A DNA stretch of 64,000 nucleotides from an archaeon (GCA_020053355.1 JAGVNI010000008.1:77195-141194); one strand, 5' to 3'. Positions 47,426-59,000 are shown, numbered from the stretch's first letter. Made by a program: numbers and translations. Notes: a model not told the origin generated them from the sequence alone.

Positions 47426-47818
47426 TCATTTTATTCCCAGGACTTCCCTCGCCTTCTCGAAATCCTTTTCAAGGGGGCGGATGGCGACCTCGGTGTAATC
47501 CTGCTTCCTGCTCACTATATAGAGGCTCTCCAGGTTGACGCCGCGGTTGGCGAGCTTCCTGGCGATTTTGCCGAGCTCCCCCGGGCGGTTAATCATCTTG
47601 TAGACGATTGTGTCGGCTTCCCTTACCTGGACGCCTGGAATCTTGGAAAGCGATTTGACTGCGGTGGTGACATCGTTGGTTATCACCCTGAAGACGGCCT
47701 TGCCTTCCGCACCGTAGGCGGAAATCGCCTCGATATTGACCCCCACTGAACCGAGCGTCTCGGCAACCAGCGCAAGCGAACCGACGTCATTCCCGGCTAT
47801 CACTGTAATCTCTTTCAT
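47426..47818 (-). CDS. tandem ACT-domain protein
   Basis: NDVGSLALVAETLGSVGVNIEAI and NRPGELGKIARKLANRGVNLESLY. Confidence 0.9.
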   Translation of the reverse strand: MKEITVIAGNDVGSLALVAETLGSVGVNIEAISAYGAEGKAVFRVITNDVTTAVKSLSKIPGVQVREADTIVYKMINRPGELGKIARKLANRGVNLESLYIVSRKQDYTEVAIRPLEKDFEKAREVLGIK

Positions 47819-47883
47819 CAGGTACCACCCGCAATGCTTTTCCTTCCCAAAATTAAATAATCTTTCCCTGGCTATTGGCATGC

Positions 47884-48198
47884 ATGGTGACGAAGAAGGA
47901 GATACTGGAGAAGATGAGCCTCGTCACCGACCCCGAGCTCGGAATCAACATCGTTGATTTGGGGCTCGTCTATGACGTGGACATCCGCGCCAAGAAGGAG
48001 GGGGAGATGCAGAAGGTGTTCATCAGGATGACGTTCACCACGCCCGCCTGCCCCCTGATAAACGAGATACTTAACGACGTGACGGCTAAACTCGACGAGT
48101 TCAAGGAACTTGACATCGAACTGTCCGTCGTGTTCGACCCGCCCTGGACGCCGGAGCGGATGTCGGAGCGGGCGAAAATCAGGCTCGGCATGGTTTGA
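47884..48198 (+). CDS. DUF59/SufT/MIP18 Fe-S cluster assembly protein
   Basis: DPELGINIVDLGLVY, MTFTTPACP, FDPPWTPERMS. Confidence 0.93.
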   Translation: MVTKKEILEKMSLVTDPELGINIVDLGLVYDVDIRAKKEGEMQKVFIRMTFTTPACPLINEILNDVTAKLDEFKELDIELSVVFDPPWTPERMSERAKIRLGMV

Positions 48199-48246
48199 AG
48201 GAGACGATGAAACGCGGGAAAGGCATCCGCGCAAGGCAGTGATGGT

Positions 48247-49548
48247 ATGAGGATAACATTCTATGGAGGAGCGCAGGAAGTCGGGCGGGCCAGCACCCTG
48301 CTGGATGACGGGAAGCGGAACCTCCTGCTGGATTGCGGCATAAAGCTCGGGGAGAAGACGGAGTATCCCCTGCTGCACGAGGATGAGCTGCGGAGGATAA
48401 ACAGCATAACGGTATCGCATGCGCACCTGGACCACAGCGGCTACCTTCCGCACGTGTATTCGAAGAGGGCGAGGCCGAAGATATTCCTCACCAAGCCGAC
48501 CCGCGATTTGATGGGCGTTCTCCTTGCGGACTATTACCGCATCCACCACGGCGAGCGGGAGCAGCGGAAACTGTTTTCCTCAAAGGACGTGGACGGGGTG
48601 ATGAAGGACGCGGTGATGACCGAATACCACGAGCCGTTCGATGCGGGGTTCCGCACGACGTTCTACTCCGCTGGCCACATCATGGGAAGCGCGATGACGA
48701 TGGTGGAGCACGAGGGGCGCAAAATCCTCTTTTCCGGGGACATCTGCATGCGAAAGACGCGCGTCCTCGACCCCTGCGAGCGGGGCATCGAAGCGGATAC
48801 GCTTATCATGGAAAGCACGTACGGGGCCAAAACCGACATCGTCCCGAGCTTCAAGGACAGCTACCAGAAGATGATAGGAATCATCAACGAGACGCTGAAC
48901 AACGGGGGGCATGTCATCATCCCCAGTTTCGCAGTAGGACGGGCGCAGGAGGTCCTCCTCGCCCTTGACGATTACATGCGTTCCGGAGCCCTTCCGCCGA
49001 CCAAGATATTCATCGACGGCATGATTGACAAGGCCATGAAGATTTACCGCCACAACGCCATCTATGCCAATGACGACATAAAGAGGCGAATCCTGATGAG
49101 CGAGGACGACCCCTTCAAAAGCCCGAATTTCCACCACCCCCGCACCAAGACGAGGGAGGACGTCCTCAAGGAGCCCTGCATCATCGTCACGACATCCGGC
49201 ATGCTTACGGGAGGGCCGGTGCTGTTCTATTTGGAAAAGCTGGGCGGCGACCCGCGCAACTCCCTTATTTTCGTAGGCTACCAGGCCGATGGGACGCCAG
49301 GGAGCCACATCATGGCAGGCAATCGGACCCTGAAACTGAGGGATCGGGAAATCGAATTAGGCCTCCGGGTGGAGAGCGTGAGGCTGACAGGCCACGCGGA
49401 TTTCAACGAGCTCGTGCAGTTCGCGAAATCAGTGAAGGGCCTTAAAAGGATATTCCTGATGCACGGCGAAAAAAGCGACCTGAAAGACGCCCTGGAAGGG
49501 GAGTACGAGGTCGTCATCCCGAGGGTTCTCGAGACCTATTCTGCCTAG
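48247..49548 (+). CDS. beta-CASP metallo-beta-lactamase RNase (aCPSF-like, no KH domains)
   Basis: GGAQEVGR, SHAHLDHSG, AGHIMG, MESTYG, FAVGRAQE, GHAD. Confidence 0.93.
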   Translation: MRITFYGGAQEVGRASTLLDDGKRNLLLDCGIKLGEKTEYPLLHEDELRRINSITVSHAHLDHSGYLPHVYSKRARPKIFLTKPTRDLMGVLLADYYRIHHGEREQRKLFSSKDVDGVMKDAVMTEYHEPFDAGFRTTFYSAGHIMGSAMTMVEHEGRKILFSGDICMRKTRVLDPCERGIEADTLIMESTYGAKTDIVPSFKDSYQKMIGIINETLNNGGHVIIPSFAVGRAQEVLLALDDYMRSGALPPTKIFIDGMIDKAMKIYRHNAIYANDDIKRRILMSEDDPFKSPNFHHPRTKTREDVLKEPCIIVTTSGMLTGGPVLFYLEKLGGDPRNSLIFVGYQADGTPGSHIMAGNRTLKLRDREIELGLRVESVRLTGHADFNELVQFAKSVKGLKRIFLMHGEKSDLKDALEGEYEVVIPRVLETYSA

Positions 49549-49638
49549 GCGGGGAAGCGGAAAAACAGGACACAGAACCCGAAACTTAAAAAAAATTAAG
49601 GGATGCGGGGCGGCGGAAGAAAACCGGCCCCCCGCAAA

Positions 49639-51756
49639 CTAGCTATACTCCCAACACTCGGGCTCGCCGATGTAGAATCCCAGCCAGCACGTATGCCCGG
49701 CAATCCCGTCCACGACAGCAGTGATTTTGCCGCTGGTGTGGGGGTCGCCGGTTATCGTATAATCGGTGCCGTTGGTGTCCGCATTCGTCAGCGTCACGCC
49801 GCCCTCGGTCGTCCATACGACGCTCGTGCAGGTCTCGTTGGCGTGCTCGCCGCACATTATGCTGACCCAGCCGTTAGCGCCAGGGAACACGCTGAGCGTG
49901 CTGGAGCCGATTGTGCACCACTGGTTCGAACCGGGGTTGTCCGGGTCGGTGTTGTTCGTGTCGTTGGTGTCGTTCGTGTCGTTGCTGGAGCCGTTTATCA
50001 CGATTATCGGGGCGAGAACGACTTTACCGACCATCGGGTCGGGCATGGTCACCCAGCTCGCGAAACCGCGCAGGTCCCCAGTATCGGGCGAAGCGGGCGC
50101 GTTGTAGGTCGTGCCGTCCGTGCTGGAGTTGCTTGTGCTGCCGCCGAGGCCGTTGACGAGGGAATAATCCGCGTCGTCAGGCTCGCTTTGGGTGTGGTTC
50201 ACGAAGCAGTTGAGGTCGAAGAACTTCGAGGTGCTGATGTTCATGGTCGCGCTGGCGGGTATGAACTCGCACTCGTATTCGCTCCCCAGGCCGTTTTCCG
50301 TCACGTCGATGTCTGAGAGGCAGTGCGCTATGCCGGAGGCGTAGTTGAGCGTGCCGCTCGCGCCAGGCGTGTCAGTCGAATACGCCCATGCGTATGAGCT
50401 GGTCTTGGCCATGAAAGCGCCATCGAGGCTGTCCCAGTACCAGTTTGAGCCGGTACAGGCGACCGGGTCTCCGGCCAAATTCTCGCAGGTAACGGTGAAT
50501 TCCGCGACTGTGAGTGGCGCAAGCTCTAATGCGGGCGGAACTATGGCGCATGTGATTGCGCCTGAGAGGTCCACCGTGTCAGTGCCCGATGCCGCCGAAC
50601 CGCATGTGGCAGAGGCGGTCGTCCCATGGAATGTGAGCACCGTTCCGCCGGAAGCGCCTGCTCCGCGGACAAGGAGCACGTAAAGGTCCTTGTTTGCCCC
50701 GGTTGCTATGTCCTCGTTGAACCCGTTCGATGCCGGGCACCATGAGGGCGGGAAGCCCCAGACGCTGGTGCACTGCGCCACCGGGAACGCGATTACCGTG
50801 TAGTCCGGATTCGAGCTGGATACGCTCGTTATGCGCACCGGGTCGCCGGTGTTGTGTTCAGTCACTTTTACCATAATCACGTCTTCGTCGGTCAGGGAGC
50901 TGCCCGCGCTGACGCTTCCAGGCACCTCGTTGAACGCGACGGTGCCGCCGGATGTTGCCACGGTCACCGTTATCGAATCAGATGCTACGGTCGAACCGAT
51001 TGCCGGCGCATTGTGAGTGAAATAATCGAGCCAGAACCACGAGGGGTTGTCTGGTATGTTGAGCGGGTGCTTGACAACCGCTCCGAAGCAGTTCACGCCG
51101 GAGAGCCGCGTCGATATCGCGTGCGAGCCCGCGGTGTTCACCACGAAGTCTACGTTGCTGGCCGTTGGCATTGCGGAGCTGCCCTTTACGGTCGCGCCGT
51201 CAGCAACTTCGAAAGTACCTTTGCAGAACAGTCCTGCCCCGCCTTCCTTGCCGCTGTGGAATTCGCCGGTGTTGTTGTTATATGTCACCGGCTCGTTGTA
51301 GAAGTTCGACTCTCCAAGGGCGCTGTATTTCGCAGGGTCCTGGGAGAAATCGTTGGCATCGCCGAATGTCTTATGGGTGTTCCATGTCGATGCGGAAAGC
51401 CAGCCGATGTTCTTGTTAGAGCTGACGCCGCCGGCCGAGGTCATGGGCGGGCAATATCCTCCGCCGCACGTCGGATAGATTGCAGTGGCGGCAAAATCGG
51501 GAGTTGCCCATTTGGTACTGACAGTTGGCACTACACGGAGTGTTGCACCCGTACAGACCTCATCCCCAGTCTGCAGGTTGTTCGGGTCGCCGCTGGCAAC
51601 CTCGCCTGAAACAAGCTGGAGCGTGAAATCGCTCGTGAATTGCATATCCGTGTCGAAATGCCATGTCGAATCCGAGCCCTGGTAGTTCGCGTTGTTCACA
51701 TTTGTTGCGAACGCGGATGCCGCGAGCACGAATATCATGGCCAGTAGTTTTTTCAT
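49639..51756 (-). CDS. secreted Cys/Thr/Ser-rich multi-Ig-like surface protein
   Basis: Signal peptide MKKLLAMIFVLAASAFA, repeated C-x-I-x-P beta modules, NDT repeats. Confidence 0.82.
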   Translation of the reverse strand: MKKLLAMIFVLAASAFATNVNNANYQGSDSTWHFDTDMQFTSDFTLQLVSGEVASGDPNNLQTGDEVCTGATLRVVPTVSTKWATPDFAATAIYPTCGGGYCPPMTSAGGVSSNKNIGWLSASTWNTHKTFGDANDFSQDPAKYSALGESNFYNEPVTYNNNTGEFHSGKEGGAGLFCKGTFEVADGATVKGSSAMPTASNVDFVVNTAGSHAISTRLSGVNCFGAVVKHPLNIPDNPSWFWLDYFTHNAPAIGSTVASDSITVTVATSGGTVAFNEVPGSVSAGSSLTDEDVIMVKVTEHNTGDPVRITSVSSSNPDYTVIAFPVAQCTSVWGFPPSWCPASNGFNEDIATGANKDLYVLLVRGAGASGGTVLTFHGTTASATCGSAASGTDTVDLSGAITCAIVPPALELAPLTVAEFTVTCENLAGDPVACTGSNWYWDSLDGAFMAKTSSYAWAYSTDTPGASGTLNYASGIAHCLSDIDVTENGLGSEYECEFIPASATMNISTSKFFDLNCFVNHTQSEPDDADYSLVNGLGGSTSNSSTDGTTYNAPASPDTGDLRGFASWVTMPDPMVGKVVLAPIIVINGSSNDTNDTNDTNNTDPDNPGSNQWCTIGSSTLSVFPGANGWVSIMCGEHANETCTSVVWTTEGGVTLTNADTNGTDYTITGDPHTSGKITAVVDGIAGHTCWLGFYIGEPECWEYS

Positions 51757-51769
51757 GTCCTCCCACCCT

Positions 51770-53719
51770 TCACTGACTTCTCCTCCTTCTCGGGACAGCT
51801 GACCCGACTGCTTTGTCACCCGAAGACTTCTGGCTCTCTCCTCCCCCGAACCAGAGCTGGGGTGTCAATGTGATGTTGAGCCCACCATAGGGCGTCGCCG
51901 GGATGCGGTCTTCCTCCCTGCCGCCGACCTCGCCGATATAGCCGCCCCGGATGTCTACCGAAACGCCTCGGTCGTAGCGGAACCCGAATGTCCCGTATCC
52001 GTCAAGCGTGTGGTAGAGGGCCTCGCCAGTCGCATCGTAGCGCGTCGAGTACCTGAAGCCGGGACCGAAGAAAAGGCTCCAGCCCTCGGCCACCTGCCAG
52101 TTGAAATCCGCCGGGCGGATGTCCACCATGCTTCCGTGCTGCTCAAGGAAGTGCTGGTAGCCGAGTGTCGCCTGTGAGCGGATTCTCATCGTGTTGCCTT
52201 CGTACCAGTTGCCATCGAATGTGACGTTGGCGTATGCATTCACCGGGCTCCCCACCGCGCCGACGCTCACCGAGGACATCCTCACCATCATGCGCTGGCC
52301 TTCACGTCCGGGGAAATTGATTTGCGCTCCCCACGGGCCGATGTATGCGCCAGCCTGCGAGGTTTCAAGGCGCTGGGAACCGCCCCCTTGGGTCGGAACG
52401 TCAGCTCCGATTGTGTATGCCTGGTAGCCGACGTTGCAATGGAACACCATCTCCACAGGGTGGCTCCATGCGCTGAACCCGAGTGCGAGCTGCGGGGTGA
52501 CGCTGAAAACGTCGCCCGTGCCTTCCACCCTCCGGCGGCTCACTTCATTCACCGAACCGGGCGAGCCGCCCGTCCCGGGAGTGACAGCGAGCTGCCTCAA
52601 TTGCCCCGAAAGGAGGAGGCGTTCGTAATTCAGGCCGAGCGCCAGCCACAGGATGCGGGGCTCGAACGAGCCTGATGCCGAGCCGCGGATGAATGACGTG
52701 AATGCCGCCTGGTTCTCATCGAATTCGTAGCGCGCGGTGACGCCGGCCCTCATCACCGTGACAGCCCTTTGGTTGATTGAGATGACATAGAGGTTGTTCA
52801 TCTGCCCATAAAGCGCGTTGAATGAAGTTTCCTGCGAAAGCTCGCTAAGGGCTGTGCGGAGGTCGCCCCGCTGCAGAGCCTGCATGGCGCTGTTGAAGTG
52901 GGGGTGGATTGTGCTGTTCCAGATTTCCTTGTCATGGGGAATCGCATTGAGGGCGCTGTAGAGCGACGTCGCTGCGGCCTGCTGTGCAGCGAGGTCGTTT
53001 GGATGGTTCGCCATGGTCGCATATGCGTTAGCCATCGCGTTGATGCCAGCCGTTGCAGTGGCATTTCCGCCGAACATGGAATCCAGGGCAGGGGTGCTCG
53101 AGGCGTTGAGGGCGACGACCGATTCGCTTGAAGAGCTTGAAAGCAGGTGGATGGGGCCAAGGTCGCGGAGCGGCGTCTCAATCAGCGGAAGGGCCGTCGC
53201 AGTCGTCGTGGTGTCCGTTGCCGTCGGAGCGGCCACAGCCTCCCCGCCGCGGGCGACGCGCAATAACGAGGTCACTATGTTTCCAATGGCCTCGTATGCC
53301 AGGAAGCTCGCGGTGCCGGCGCCGATTCCGGCGTCGATTGGCGTGAGCATGGCTTCCACATTTGGAGCGGCCGTGCCCATGTCCCCCCCGGCCACAACCA
53401 GCGTGTTCAGCCTGCGGATTGACACGATATGGGAATTCGTAAGGAATGTGACTGCCCCGTCGCGGCCGTTGTCTTCGCCGAGCGTTGCAACTGCGGCGTC
53501 ATAGACCGCCCTGCGCGCATCGCCTTCGGGGGGCCTGGAGCCGCGCACGATTTCGAGTATCTCGCCGATTCTCACCGCATTGTTTGCCGCGGCAAGCGCC
53601 GTAGGCGCGTTGGTTGGATGAGTTGCGCTCATGGCAGATGGAAGCTGCCGAATTATCGCCAAGTGCTGCTCGTACCCAGTTGATTCCGCCGGTCTTTCCC
53701 TTTGCGCAGTTCCGCCCAT
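51770..53719 (-). CDS. orphan: helical N-terminal domain plus putative C-terminal beta-barrel (paralog of 53798-56005)
   Basis: Alternating aromatic/Gly beta strands ending LNITLTPQLWF; no clear signal peptide. Confidence 0.75.
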   Translation of the reverse strand: MGGTAQRERPAESTGYEQHLAIIRQLPSAMSATHPTNAPTALAAANNAVRIGEILEIVRGSRPPEGDARRAVYDAAVATLGEDNGRDGAVTFLTNSHIVSIRRLNTLVVAGGDMGTAAPNVEAMLTPIDAGIGAGTASFLAYEAIGNIVTSLLRVARGGEAVAAPTATDTTTTATALPLIETPLRDLGPIHLLSSSSSESVVALNASSTPALDSMFGGNATATAGINAMANAYATMANHPNDLAAQQAAATSLYSALNAIPHDKEIWNSTIHPHFNSAMQALQRGDLRTALSELSQETSFNALYGQMNNLYVISINQRAVTVMRAGVTARYEFDENQAAFTSFIRGSASGSFEPRILWLALGLNYERLLLSGQLRQLAVTPGTGGSPGSVNEVSRRRVEGTGDVFSVTPQLALGFSAWSHPVEMVFHCNVGYQAYTIGADVPTQGGGSQRLETSQAGAYIGPWGAQINFPGREGQRMMVRMSSVSVGAVGSPVNAYANVTFDGNWYEGNTMRIRSQATLGYQHFLEQHGSMVDIRPADFNWQVAEGWSLFFGPGFRYSTRYDATGEALYHTLDGYGTFGFRYDRGVSVDIRGGYIGEVGGREEDRIPATPYGGLNITLTPQLWFGGGESQKSSGDKAVGSAVPRRRRSQ

Positions 53720-53797
53720 AGTTTCACCTTATAATTATCGGTAAAAATAAGGGTGAAAGGTTATTAAAAAGCGTCAGGCGGAGACTGGCGCAGGCGC

Positions 53798-56005
53798 TCA
53801 TTTGTTTCCACCTGAGCCCGAGCCCGTGCCCGTGGTTACGCCGCCATCCACCCGGACCGCGCTCGTACCGCTGCTGCTTGAGAACCAGGCAGCCGGAGTG
53901 AGGATGACATTCAGCATGCCAGTTACGGTCCTTGGGACATGGAAGGCTTCATCGCCGCCCACGTCTGTCACCCATCCGACGCGCGCATCCAGGGCGAGTC
54001 CGCCGGGTGCCCACCGCCAGCTTGCATGGCCGTATGGCTCGAATGTGTGTATGCCCTGCTCTATGTTGGCGGTGTATTGGAGGCCCGGCCCGAGATACAC
54101 GGTGTGCCCGTTGCCCGTCTGGACTGTGAAATCCAGGGGGCGGAGGTCGCCGCCGACGCGGTTCTGGAAGAACAGCGGGTTCTCGAAACCTTCCTGCCGC
54201 CTTCCCCAGAAGAGCATGTACTGCGGCGTGAGCGAATGCTCGAGACGCATCGAGTTGCCGACGAACGACCGCGCGGTCAGGGTGAAGTAGGCGTAAGGGT
54301 TCAGGTTGAACATGCCGATTCCCCACCTGCTTAGCCTGAATGCGTTGTTCCTCGCTTCGTAGCCGACCATCGCGGCATCGAAATTCAGCATGCCGTATAT
54401 GGTGCCGGAGTCCACCGACAGCGTCCTTCCGCTCTCGTCCGGCGCCTGGATGCCCCACCAGAGGTATCCAAGGCGGGCAGAGAGCGTGGCTTCGACAGGC
54501 TGCTTGAACATGGTTCCTCCGAAAGTGATGCCGGCCATGCCGTCTACTGCATGGCCTTCGCCATCAACAGCGCGCGCCGAGCCTACCGGCGTCAGGCGGA
54601 ATGAGTTGAGGTCAAGGCTGTAAGCCTGGAGCCTTCCGCTCATAAGAAGATTGGAGTAGTTCGCGCCGATATTGTAGTAAAGCACGTCCCACGGGTATGC
54701 CCTGCCTTCGGTGCCCTGCCTGAAAGAGAGGAACTCCGCCGGATTGGTGCCGTCCGGGAACCGCAGGGTTATCCCTGTCCGGATGCGCGCGATGGCCCTC
54801 TGGCTGAGAGTGAGCTGGTTGAGGTTGCCGAGAGTGGACCAGACCGCATTGAACGCGGTTTCGCTGCGGAGGGCCGCGAGGCCTCCGCGAAGGTCACCCT
54901 GGGCGAGAGCGGTCATCGCCGCGTTGAAGCCGGGCCTTGACCAGATTTCTTTATCAGAGGGAATCTGGCTGAGCGCGGAATGCAATGCATGCGCCGCATT
55001 CGCCTGCGCCGCGGGGTCATTTGGAGAGTTGGTCAGCGTTTCCATGGCGTCAGCCCAGACGGTGAGCGCGCCCTGCGCTATGCCTGCCCCGCCGAAAAGG
55101 GAGTTCAGGGCGGGCGTGCTCTCCGGGTCTGCCATGACGAACCTGCCCTGGCCGAATCCGCTCAGCATGAAATCCGAGCCGTAGTAGAACGGAATCGTCT
55201 CAATGGACGGAAGCGGCGGAACCTGTGTCAGGGGGTCCTCCACTCTCGGTGCAGCGGTTTCCGTGCACACTTCCCCGCCGTGCATCATGCGCACGAGGCA
55301 CTGGACGGTGTTGCCGGCACGCTCCAGCGTCGTGGTGGTGCCCTGCGGCCCGCCTATAGTATTATCAAGGTCGACGAGCCTCTGCTCGAGAGCAGCTGCA
55401 TCCGCGCCCAGGCCTGCCGGAGTCTGAGCAAGGCGCCTGAGGTTTCCCATGCCGCGCACAAGCGCGGTGTCGATTGCGGCAACAGCCGCGTCGGCGCCGC
55501 CCCATGTGCGTATCGCTGAATCATAAGCCGCCCGTTCGGGGGTGGCCTGCTGGCCATCGGCAGGAGCTGCCGGAGGGCTCCGTACCAGGTCCCGAAGCTG
55601 GAACATGCGCACAAGATTGGTCGTGAGAACGTCCGCGGCATTCACGTTTGCCGGATGCGTGTTGCTTTCAACTGCGGCTGCCATCGCCCCGGGGAGGCCC
55701 TCGATTGCCGTGGCCGTCGGTGCCGGAGCGGACGTAGGCGATGCCGGCGCTGATACAGGAACTGCATCCGCCGAGCCTGCTTCTGCGACTGCGGTGGCAG
55801 AGGCGTCTGGTTGCGGTGCTACCCCGCCGTCAGGCCCGTTCTGCGCGCGGGCGAATCCCGGCGCTATGAATAGTGCGATTCCGAGGGCTCCCGCTGCGGC
55901 GATTTCCCTCAAACGGCTGTTCCTCGCCGATTCGGCCGTCCTTGCGGCGCTGCCCTTGCATCCATCCAGTGCATTTTCCGAAACATTGTCATGTCTGAGT
56001 TTCAC
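53798..56005 (-). CDS. orphan: leader, signal peptide, helical domain and putative C-terminal beta-barrel
   Basis: MKLRHD leader, AAAGALGIALFIAPGFARA signal, beta strands ending LNVILTPAAWF. Confidence 0.75.
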   Translation of the reverse strand: MKLRHDNVSENALDGCKGSAARTAESARNSRLREIAAAGALGIALFIAPGFARAQNGPDGGVAPQPDASATAVAEAGSADAVPVSAPASPTSAPAPTATAIEGLPGAMAAAVESNTHPANVNAADVLTTNLVRMFQLRDLVRSPPAAPADGQQATPERAAYDSAIRTWGGADAAVAAIDTALVRGMGNLRRLAQTPAGLGADAAALEQRLVDLDNTIGGPQGTTTTLERAGNTVQCLVRMMHGGEVCTETAAPRVEDPLTQVPPLPSIETIPFYYGSDFMLSGFGQGRFVMADPESTPALNSLFGGAGIAQGALTVWADAMETLTNSPNDPAAQANAAHALHSALSQIPSDKEIWSRPGFNAAMTALAQGDLRGGLAALRSETAFNAVWSTLGNLNQLTLSQRAIARIRTGITLRFPDGTNPAEFLSFRQGTEGRAYPWDVLYYNIGANYSNLLMSGRLQAYSLDLNSFRLTPVGSARAVDGEGHAVDGMAGITFGGTMFKQPVEATLSARLGYLWWGIQAPDESGRTLSVDSGTIYGMLNFDAAMVGYEARNNAFRLSRWGIGMFNLNPYAYFTLTARSFVGNSMRLEHSLTPQYMLFWGRRQEGFENPLFFQNRVGGDLRPLDFTVQTGNGHTVYLGPGLQYTANIEQGIHTFEPYGHASWRWAPGGLALDARVGWVTDVGGDEAFHVPRTVTGMLNVILTPAAWFSSSSGTSAVRVDGGVTTGTGSGSGGNK

Positions 56006-56078
56006 GCATTCTCCCTCCCTATTTTTTATTATTCAGGGGCGTCTCCGCCCCCGACCCACCCTAATGAATGCTATCCGC

Positions 56079-59000
56079 TCATTTCTTGCGCGCTGACGAT
56101 GACGGCGCCGCAGGCTGTGCAGGCGGCGTTGCCGGCCTGGACGTAGCGGTTGCAGGCGGCTGCGCGTTCGATGCGCTCGGCCGGACAATCAATACCGGCG
56201 TAATCGGACCGTAGTTTACCACGGTCTGCTGTGTCGACGAGCGCGCGAAAGCGACCGACTGGATGTTGGCCTCGAGACGCGTGTCCCGCACAGGGTCCAT
56301 CGTGCCCGACCTCATCTCGAAGAGGATATTCTCCGGCCTGATGCGGCCGTCTGCCTCGGCGACGACTGCCCACTCAAGGTCGCGGGACGGCGCATCCACC
56401 CTCCTCACGCGGACGACGAAATCGCCGGTCCTGCCGTCAGTCGTTGTGGCTCCGCGCTGCACCATGCCCACGTATCTTGGCTGCGTCGTGTCGCGGTACT
56501 GCGGATTCAGCAGGAGCATGCCCGTCGAGGGCTGTATGTCCTGGAACATGAACCAGTAATAGGTCAGGTTCTGCCTGCCGTTCGTCCGCTCGTATTCCTC
56601 GAGCGTCACCGGGCTTCCGCCCTGCGGGGTTATCATGGTCCGTGTGGCGGTGAATGTCACGATTGTCTCGCGGTCGTTGCGGTCGTTCACGCGGGTGCTG
56701 CGGTCCTGTGTGATTGCATCCGTCGGAACCATCGCGGTTATCCGCGGGGTTATCGGCCTTTCAATGACGCGCACCTCGGAGTCGGTAAGGCTGGCAATCC
56801 CCATCTCGGCGATGCCGATTGCTTCCCTCGGGTCTACGCCGCCCCTGCCGAAGTAGTCGGTTCCGAGTGCGGCTGCGAACCTCGTCCTGAGAGCGCGCGC
56901 TTCAGCGAGCATCTCCTGCGCCCGGACGACCGTGTATTTCCTCGGGTCCCTTGAGCGCGTGAGGTCGCTTGCGCGTATTGGCTGGCCGTCTGCCAGCATC
57001 ACGTTGCCGCTTAGCCTCGCATCCAGTTGCGCAATCCTAACATCGAGGATGGCGAGCATGATTCTGTTGGATTCCTGCTGGCGCTCGCCCAGGAGGCGCG
57101 TGCGCGTGGCATCATCCGCCCCTGCAAGCGCCGTGGAATATGCCGTAGCGGTTGTCTGCATCCTCTCGCGAAGAGAATCGATTAGCGGCCGGTCTGCCGG
57201 AAGGTTGTATTCGCGCGCAATCGCAATCAGCCTGTCTTTCAGGGCCTGGTCCTGCGCCCTGAACTGCGCTTCAGTCCGAACAGGATATGCATTCGGCGCG
57301 ACTTCGAAGCCGTGGAGCAGCGGGTCCACGCCCGGGTCGACCGACATGTAGAACTGCCTCGAGACTTCGACATATGTCTGACCGTGGACATACTTGTCCA
57401 CATCCTCATGGCCGTGGTTGCCCAAATCCGGGCTGGCCGTAATCGTTCTCGGAAGCGCATGGGTATCCAGGGGCGCGACGGTCGGCCGTGCCCTCCTTTG
57501 GACAGGATAATAATCCGGATACTCACCAAGCGGAGCGACTGTCCAGGTGAATTGGGGGGTTTCCCTGCCCACGCTCAGTCCAAGTGCGTTTGTCGGGCCG
57601 GCGAGGCCTGCCGACGCAAGCGTGGTTTCTGCCGCTGAAGGCGAAAAGAGCGCGGCGCTTGAGCCTGAAGCAAGGCTGGTAAGGAATGTAAGGTACAGCT
57701 GCTCCCCGGTCTGGCCGCTCGCTATCTGCTCGTTCAATGTCGGCAGCCAGGTGGTGGTTTGAGGAACGCTGCTCGGGCGCGGCGCATTCCCGTAGTATGC
57801 GCGCGTGAAGAACATGCCTGGCGCTTCCGTGTATGAGAACCCGGGCCCCATGAGCATGCTGGTCGCATCGTCAGCGAGCCGCCTTGCCATATTGGCATGG
57901 TATGCTGTCCCCACTTGCCGGTTCGAGAAGCTCCAAAGGAATGCTGCCCTTGCTCGGGTGAGCTGCTCTGCCGCGCCGGTTGTCGTGGCAGCCGGAGAGC
58001 TTGGCCTGAAGGACGGGTTAGCCGCCCATAGCTCCGCTTCCCTAATCGAAAGGAGGCCGAGTGTAACATTATAGAGCGTGTCGGCAGCCGATATGCGTGC
58101 TGCATCGGTGGTTGGCTCGGTCGCAGTGCTTGTCAGCCAAGCGCGTGCAGCAACCAGGACCCTATCGTCTGCCCTCATCCCGCTGTCCGTTGCAGACTGC
58201 ACAGCCCGTTCAAGCATGCCCCGGACGAATACAAAGCGGCGGTGCGGCACCGTAGGCGTCAGCTGGGCGAGCTCATCTGACGATAGCATCTCCCCCTGGG
58301 CATTCATGAGCTGCCTCCCCTGGTCATCGCGGATGACCGGAGGCACGTTAGCGAGATAAGGCGCGTATTCCATTTCCGTGACGACCCTTAGCGTACGGAC
58401 GCTTGCCAGCCTCGGGATTCCGGTTGCGCCTGAGGGGGTGTTCAACTTCGCGACCTGCTCGAAGACGTTGAAGAGCGTATAATCGTATTTCAGCGGAAGG
58501 TTCCTCATGAACCGCTCGGTAAGCTCCCGTCTTGCCGTCGCCTCCTGCGCGGTCGTCGGGTTCACTCCCACCGGCAGGTTCAGGTGCGCGCGGATGAGCG
58601 CCATCTGCTGATCCCTCGTGTACAGGTCCCGAAACGGATTGAGTTCGGGAGCGGCAAAAAGGGCGACAGCGGCAGTGTAGTTCTGGTAGAACGTCGATGC
58701 TTCCCCATTAGTGCTAAGGCTGTGGCTGTTGGCGTAGTCCCAGAGGCTGATGAGGTAGTGGATGTTCCGGGTTTCTGCCCTCGTGTCATTGTAAAGGTCC
58801 GTCACGGCGTAGTATGCGAGCCTGCCGCTCTGGCCGGACATGGCGGTGGCTGCGTCAAGGCGCCTCTGCGCTACTGCTTCGAGGTCGCTCCTTGCCGTCG
58901 GGATGCGGCGCTGCACCCTGCCTTCGCGCGGAACCCTCAGGTTGTAGTATGCGCCTGCGGACTGACCGTCCTGGCGCTCGCGCGCAGTCAGCTGCTCGCG

